40,429 nucleotides of DNA from positions 1 through 40,429 of IMG/VR virus record IMGVR_UViG_3300020045_008807; one strand, given 5' to 3'. The position numbers and the translations under genes are program-made. Under the pieces are notes generated by a model. The model saw only the letters and a list, made by a program, of their open reading frames with translations, was not told where the DNA came from and did no database searches. This document shows, piece by piece, positions 35,414 through 40,429 of the stretch. The stretch comes from a virus (Duplodnaviria > Caudoviricetes). Each line of letters opens with the position of its first letter. Within the stretch, counting starts at the first letter, position 1.

Positions 35414-36123
35414 TGTAATTTTTTTACTTCTCTCATTGCAATTTCTAATGCTAGTTGTTGCGATGCGATGTGTTGTTCTCTAATAATAATGTCCGACACT
35501 TTCTCATTTACTTCTTTTTCTCTTATATCAATAATAGCTAAAGCGCTTTTATATGTTTGTTCTAACTCTTTAACTTTGTTTAATTCTTTTTCGTAAACAT
35601 CCAATTGCATTAAGCCATCATTGTGTATATCTTGCTGTTCTTTTTCTGCTAACTTTTTGGCTCTTAGTGTTTTTTCTCTAAGTTCATCAATCTCTAATTC
35701 TTTTGCTTTGATAGTTTCTTCAATTTGCTTAATTTTAACTTCTTTTTTAAGTACTTCTTCTTCTCTTTGTTTTATAGTTTCTCCAGAAAGATAGAGATTT
35801 TTCTTATCAACTCCTATGTCTACTAATTTGTTGATAGTTTCTTTCACTTTAGCTACATCTGGGAGAAGTAGAGAGTTCTGTATTCTTTCTAAGGTCTCAA
35901 TTTCTCCAACTATGTCAGCTTTTTTGATTTTAAGTTCTTCTATTTCAGTTAAAATTGTACTTACTGAATTTTCTCTAAAGTCTTTGAGTCTTTTTTCTTC
36001 ATCTTGAACAGTTTTTCTTAATAAATCTACCCTTTGCGCTAGAGCAAGACCATCATCAATTTGTGATTTCATTTCCTTTGCTCTAGCCGCATCTAAATCA
36101 ATTTTTTTGGGTAGTATTGGCAT
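35410..36123 (-). CDS. Coiled-coil protein, 237 aa
   Basis: E/K-rich heptads. Confidence 0.7.
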   Translation of the reverse strand: MPILPKKIDLDAARAKEMKSQIDDGLALAQRVDLLRKTVQDEEKRLKDFRENSVSTILTEIEELKIKKADIVGEIETLERIQNSLLLPDVAKVKETINKLVDIGVDKKNLYLSGETIKQREEEVLKKEVKIKQIEETIKAKELEIDELREKTLRAKKLAEKEQQDIHNDGLMQLDVYEKELNKVKELEQTYKSALAIIDIREKEVNEKVSDIIIREQHIASQQLALEIAMREVKKLQ

Positions 36124-36125
36124 AA

Positions 36126-36596
36126 TTATATATTCTGAACTCCTAATGTAGGAATTTCGTAGTCTTTGAATGCTTCATTAAGATTTGTGCTATTCCCTAC
36201 AGCTTTTGAACCTTTGTAGTGTTCTTCTGTATCTTTAGGTAAATCTTTGATAGTTGCTTGTGATTTTGGAAGTGGAGTTAGACAAGCTTGAATTGCTGTT
36301 TTAAACTCTACATCTTCGTCGTAAGTAGCTGGAATATATCCACCTGCTTTTACTAAATCTTTGTACTTCTTAGACTTGTGAAAAATCTTCTGAGCATATG
36401 CCTTAGCAAATCTCTTACGGATTATTTGAACATTCTCAGGTGTTTCTCCTGGAATGATTAAAGGCACCGTAGTCTTTGATTTAAAAGTGTATTCTTTATT
36501 ATTCCAAAGAGCTGTAAAATCTTCACCGTCTAGTCCTGGATTAGTAAAATAGAATGTTCCATCTTGATATAATCCAATGCCATAATTGTTTTCCAT
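36126..36596 (-). CDS. Hypothetical head-module protein, 156 aa
   Basis: ORF track; FYFTN...W...Y.F motif. Confidence 0.65.
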   Translation of the reverse strand: MENNYGIGLYQDGTFYFTNPGLDGEDFTALWNNKEYTFKSKTTVPLIIPGETPENVQIIRKRFAKAYAQKIFHKSKKYKDLVKAGGYIPATYDEDVEFKTAIQACLTPLPKSQATIKDLPKDTEEHYKGSKAVGNSTNLNEAFKDYEIPTLGVQNI

Positions 36597-36650
36597 AATA
36601 TATTTGACTGATTTCAGGTACAGTAGGACCTATATTATTATAAATGCGAC

Positions 36651-36728
36651 TTATTCTGCTGCAACTTCTTCAACCACTTCTTCTACTACTTCTACTGGGG
36701 CCTCTTCTACTTTTACTTCTTCTTCCAT
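36651..36728 (-). CDS. 25-aa acidic peptide MEEEVKVEEAPVEVVEEVVEEVAAE
   Basis: Translated by hand; A/T-rich leader like those of other genes. Confidence 0.55.
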   Translation of the reverse strand: MEEEVKVEEAPVEVVEEVVEEVAAE

Positions 36729-36768
36729 ATATTTATTGAAATTAAATCTGATAATGTTTCCGACCTCA

Positions 36769-37173
36769 TCACACAGTTTTAATATAATAATTTCTTAGTG
36801 CCTTTTTTACTAATTGATGGTAGTCTTTTATGTTGCACTGCAAACAAAGAATTTCTAAATTATTATAACTATATTTACCACCTATACATCGAGGAATTAT
36901 ATGCTGGAGAGTTAAATTTTTATCTGTTTTACATTTTTTACACAAAAATCCATCTCTTTTACTAATTTTTTTCATCCACAATTTACGCTGAGATAAACCT
37001 CTGCAGTGTTTAATTTTTTCTGGATGATTTTTTCTATAATTTCTCATATAAACTAAATGGTATTTTTTTCTAGTTGATTTCCCATTTTCGCTTGTACGGT
37101 ATTTTTTAGCATGCTCCTTAATTTTTTGAGGATTAGCTAATCGATAGTTTTTTAAATATTCTTTTTTTGGCAT
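36769..37173 (-). CDS. HNH endonuclease
   Basis: RDGFLCKKC, LTLQHIIP..GG..NNLEILCLQCN. Confidence 0.85.
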   Translation of the reverse strand: MPKKEYLKNYRLANPQKIKEHAKKYRTSENGKSTRKKYHLVYMRNYRKNHPEKIKHCRGLSQRKLWMKKISKRDGFLCKKCKTDKNLTLQHIIPRCIGGKYSYNNLEILCLQCNIKDYHQLVKKALRNYYIKTV

Positions 37174-37217
37174 ATTTTTATTATACTATAAACTGTGAGT
37201 GAAGTCAGAACAATTGA

Positions 37218-38027
37218 TTACAAAGCTAGGTTGACCATGTTTGCTTTAGCGTCTGCTGAAGCTACCATAGTTGTACCAATTCTTGAACCACTTGCTACTG
37301 CATAAGTAAGAACTTGACCTGCTGTGTCATCTGGAACACCTACATCTAATCCTAGAGCAACTGTTGCTCCTGCAAATACTGCACAAGGACCTTTTGTCTG
37401 GATAAATCCATAAGAAGGAACTGTAGCTGTAGAAGCTGGGATTGGATAATTTGATACTCCAAGAACCATTCCTGTTAGGGTTGTAGGACAAATAACTACT
37501 CCGTCAGTAGTATAGTCTGTTCCATATAATGAACCATAAGGATTGATTGTGAAAGTAAATCGTGAATCAGTTGATGTTGCGACTGCAAATGCATCTTCTA
37601 AAGTAACATTAAATGCTGAAGTAGTTGATGCTGCACTATTACTTGCAATCTTTAATGTTTGACCAAGACCAGTTCCTTCAACAACATTGAGGTAACCACC
37701 AGCAAATCTATTTACTAGAACTGCTGTTGCTCCTGTTGCTATTTGGATAGTCTTTCCACCAATTACTCCTGCAATAGGACCAAGTGATGTTGAATAACCA
37801 GTTGTACTAGTTGTTGCAGGTGATAGACCTACAGCATTAGCTTGTGGAGCTGGACCCTGAACTACTTTACCTGAAAGAAGGGCTGTTCCTCCATTCTGAA
37901 CAAGAACGAAGTCACGTCCGTCTGATGATGTCCATTTTGAACCAACTAATGAAGCAAGACTTTTATCGCCTTGGATTGTTTTCATTACTTCAAATGGAGC
38001 ACTTTTAAAACCTGTTAATATACTCAT
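37218..38027 (-). CDS. Capsid decoration/cement-like protein
   Basis: DGRDFVLV, YGFIQTKG; downstream of the major capsid gene. Confidence 0.6.
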   Translation of the reverse strand: MSILTGFKSAPFEVMKTIQGDKSLASLVGSKWTSSDGRDFVLVQNGGTALLSGKVVQGPAPQANAVGLSPATTSTTGYSTSLGPIAGVIGGKTIQIATGATAVLVNRFAGGYLNVVEGTGLGQTLKIASNSAASTTSAFNVTLEDAFAVATSTDSRFTFTINPYGSLYGTDYTTDGVVICPTTLTGMVLGVSNYPIPASTATVPSYGFIQTKGPCAVFAGATVALGLDVGVPDDTAGQVLTYAVASGSRIGTTMVASADAKANMVNLAL

Positions 38028-38052
38028 ATTTTTATTTAATTAATTAATAATG

Positions 38053-38613
38053 TTATTGTGATGCCCAAATACCACTAGTTATTCCAACACTATACCAGCC
38101 TGTTCCATCTGATATTAATGTTATTGCGTCTCCAATTGCATTTGTTCCTGCTGTGTTTTTAATACCAGTCCCTCCTGCTGTTGCTATTATTGCTGTGTCT
38201 GCATCAGCTCCAACTGCTGCGAATGTTGTTATTGTTATAACTTCACTCGCTGCTTGGTCAATTAGGATTTCTCCGCTAGCATGTCCACAAATAAATGTGT
38301 ATTTAAGACCTGCTGCTACTGCTGGTAAGGTATAAGTTTGAGTAGCTGAACCTTTAGTTGCAAACCAAGTTCCTCCAGACATTGCTGCTGTAAGTGTATA
38401 AGTTGCATCTGTTCCTACTACTGTTGGACTAATAATACCATTTGTTGCTCCCGTAAAAGAGACTGCTCCTGTGTGAGTTGTTGCTCCTGTAAATGTCTGA
38501 GCACCAACTACTTCTAGAGTTCCTCCAAGGTAAGTATTTTTCTCAGTATTTAGTCCATTTTGCTGAACTACTGGACTTGTTCCCTCTATACATATGTCAA
38601 ATTGTTTAGCCAT
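38053..38613 (-). CDS. Head decoration/fibre-like protein
   Basis: TLTAAMSG, TYTLPA...GLKYTFI, GDAITLISDGTGW. Confidence 0.55.
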   Translation of the reverse strand: MAKQFDICIEGTSPVVQQNGLNTEKNTYLGGTLEVVGAQTFTGATTHTGAVSFTGATNGIISPTVVGTDATYTLTAAMSGGTWFATKGSATQTYTLPAVAAGLKYTFICGHASGEILIDQAASEVITITTFAAVGADADTAIIATAGGTGIKNTAGTNAIGDAITLISDGTGWYSVGITSGIWASQ

Positions 38614-38647
38614 ATTGTTTTATTGATTAAGCTAATAATATTCGACA

Positions 38648-39679
38648 TTAAATTCCTGTTACTCCTGTGAGTTTTCCAAGACGTGAAGGATTTGTACAGA
38701 TAAGTTGACCACCCATTATCATGAAACCATTGACTGCTCCTTGGTTGTAAGCGTGTACCCAGTTTGTCCAAGTAAATGCTTTTGTAGCGTTTGCAGGATT
38801 GTATTCATAAATGTTTCCTTTAATGTTTTCGCTCTTAAGAGAAACACTTGAACCTTCCCACCACTTCAAACCATAGAACTTCAAGAAATTTGTGTTTAAT
38901 AGATAAAATGTTCCAGTTAGAACTTTCTTATCACGGAAGATTACAAGACCATCCCAAACTAGACCATTTGCTTTATATCCAGCACCTGCATCCATGTTTG
39001 TATTGTCTGTGTAAGTATTCCTTTGGAATGTCTGAAATAGCTGTTCACAGTATGACCAAGTTGTGTAATCAGTCATAGCGATGTCAGGACGAACCTTACC
39101 ATCTGTGATAGCGTTTGCTAATTGACGAATCTTTAACAATGAAATTGTACCACTTGATGCAGTTACTGTAGCGTTTAAGCCAGCGTAGGTTGCACGAGCA
39201 AGACCTCCATATGTTGAAAGAACTGAACCATCATCTACGATACCAGCAAGACCCATAGGAGCCTTTCCACCGAATGCTGTACCAGAAGCCTGGAAGAAGT
39301 CACCGATATCATCAGCAGCATCTTGTGCTCTTGATTCCATCATAACTTTAGCAAGTTTGATTGTTTGCAATGGTGTATCATTTACTGACAAATCAGAACC
39401 TGCAAGAGCAACGTTAGTTGCTACGAATGTAGGATAGAAAGTCATGTTTACTGAAACTGGTTGCTGTGTTGTTGGTAATTGGTCAAAACCTGAAAAGGCT
39501 ACTGAGCCAACTCCTTTTTGATACTTAATAGGAAAATCCATACGAGAACCATCCCATTTCTTTGTATTTCCTAGAATTTCACCAAAGAAAAAGTTGTCAT
39601 GTAATATTTGGTCTACCCAAGCTGGTGCCAAGTATTTATTTGTGGTTGTCTGGATGTTGATTGTTGTGTTTGAATCCAT
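38648..39679 (-). CDS. Major capsid protein
   Basis: 343 aa after the scaffold gene; TTT..L...VDQI...N, GLAGIVD, YGGLAR, YLLNT, GQLIC..P pattern. Confidence 0.85.
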   Translation of the reverse strand: MDSNTTINIQTTTNKYLAPAWVDQILHDNFFFGEILGNTKKWDGSRMDFPIKYQKGVGSVAFSGFDQLPTTQQPVSVNMTFYPTFVATNVALAGSDLSVNDTPLQTIKLAKVMMESRAQDAADDIGDFFQASGTAFGGKAPMGLAGIVDDGSVLSTYGGLARATYAGLNATVTASSGTISLLKIRQLANAITDGKVRPDIAMTDYTTWSYCEQLFQTFQRNTYTDNTNMDAGAGYKANGLVWDGLVIFRDKKVLTGTFYLLNTNFLKFYGLKWWEGSSVSLKSENIKGNIYEYNPANATKAFTWTNWVHAYNQGAVNGFMIMGGQLICTNPSRLGKLTGVTGI

Positions 39680-39703
39680 ATTTATAATAATTAACTAATA
39701 ATG

Positions 39704-40312
39704 CTATTTTTTTAATGTGTCCATAAATTCATCTACTTTATCCCAATTAACTCTCTCTTGAACACTAGATGGAGCATCATTGGAACGAGCCATAGAACGA
39801 GATGCAATTTCTTTAGAGCGATTTGGTTGTACTTTTCTTACTTCACTGAATGTCTCCCAAGCGGAATTCATGTCAGGATAATCGATTATATTACCGTCTC
39901 TGTCTTTAGGTGCTATCTTTTCTACAAAAGAAACAAATTCTTGACGAGTTTTAGTTGCTTGGGCTGTATTTGATGTAATATCAACATCGTAATTATCCTC
40001 GATAGCTTCAAAAGCGTTATTTAATTCATCTTCTGCTTCTTTATCTTCTTGGTACTCACGACTGCGAATTTCATCTAACTTTGCCATAGCTTTCTCAGAT
40101 GCTCTTTCATCTAAACTATTTAATGATTTTCTCAAAGCATTAAGAGCTGAGACTTTTTCAGGAGTATCATTACCTATAATACTAGTGAAGGCATCTATAG
40201 TTTCTTTAAAACTATCTTCTTCAGTTTGTTTCTCTTCTTTTGGAATTGAGGCTTTTATTCTCTCTTCCATTTCTCTTTCTCTCTTTTCAAGGTACTTTTG
40301 TATCTTAGGGTC
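39704..40312 (-). CDS. Scaffolding-like protein, 5'-truncated
   Basis: The frame of 39704-40270 stays open upstream (KDPKIQKYLEKRERE) to the duplication junction; directly upstream of the capsid gene. Confidence 0.6.
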   Translation of the reverse strand, partial: DPKIQKYLEKREREMEERIKASIPKEEKQTEEDSFKETIDAFTSIIGNDTPEKVSALNALRKSLNSLDERASEKAMAKLDEIRSREYQEDKEAEDELNNAFEAIEDNYDVDITSNTAQATKTRQEFVSFVEKIAPKDRDGNIIDYPDMNSAWETFSEVRKVQPNRSKEIASRSMARSNDAPSSVQERVNWDKVDEFMDTLKK

Positions 40313-40429
40313 TTTTTTAATGTGTCCATAAATTCATCTACTTTATCCCAATTAACTCTCTCTTGAACACTAGATGGAGCATCATTGGAACGAGCCATAG
40401 AACGAGATGCAATTTCTTTAGAGCGATTT
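40313..40429. repeat. Direct copy of 39708-39824, probably a chimeric contig end
   Basis: 117-nt identical copy at an offset of 605. Confidence 0.9.

Noticed and set aside
455-39973. Most plus-strand ORFs and nested minus-strand ORFs in the track
   Set aside because: They overlap well-supported minus-strand genes and show no motifs, so they are treated as shadow ORFs.
1-40429. Stop-codon reassignment (genetic code 15 or 25)
   Set aside because: Long genes are intact in the standard code, and both TGA and TAG end tightly packed genes.
1-40429. Terminal repeats, invertible segment or diversity-generating retroelement based on the end duplications
   Set aside because: The copies are identical, sit exactly at the contig ends and do not match each other; no recombinase or reverse transcriptase was seen.

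Overview
The window looks like a near-complete, AT-rich tailed-phage genome of about 40 kb, with almost every gene on the minus strand. It is podovirus-like: it has adaptor, nozzle and ejection proteins, and I found no tape measure, tail tube or sheath. In transcription order (high to low coordinates) it holds: a truncated scaffold gene, major capsid and decoration genes; tail fibres, a glycosyltransferase, nozzle, adaptor and ejection proteins; a lysis cassette with a papain-like peptidoglycan-binding endolysin; an early/middle region (NinG-like, HNH nucleases, PD-(D/E)XK nuclease, SSB); GroES/GroEL-like genes; terminases; and the portal. The main accessory system is a dispersed 7-deazaguanine DNA-modification pathway: folE, queD, queE, a DpdL-like gene and a DpdA-like transglycosylase, with no queC. 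This predicts unsubstituted 7-deazaguanine. A DUF1599/Nmad1-like gene and a dUTPase/dCTP deaminase sit beside it, and I recognised no phage DNA polymerase. Three sigma70 promoters in this region share an ATACCT-N4-AGGTAT palindrome. Several intergenic regions fold into long, G-U-rich stems on the transcribed strand only, and one of them loops out a whole HNH gene. Many real-looking ORFs under 60 aa are missing from the ORF track. Both contig ends are copies of internal sequence and are probably chimeric. All product calls come from motif recognition and gene order by eye; no searches were run.
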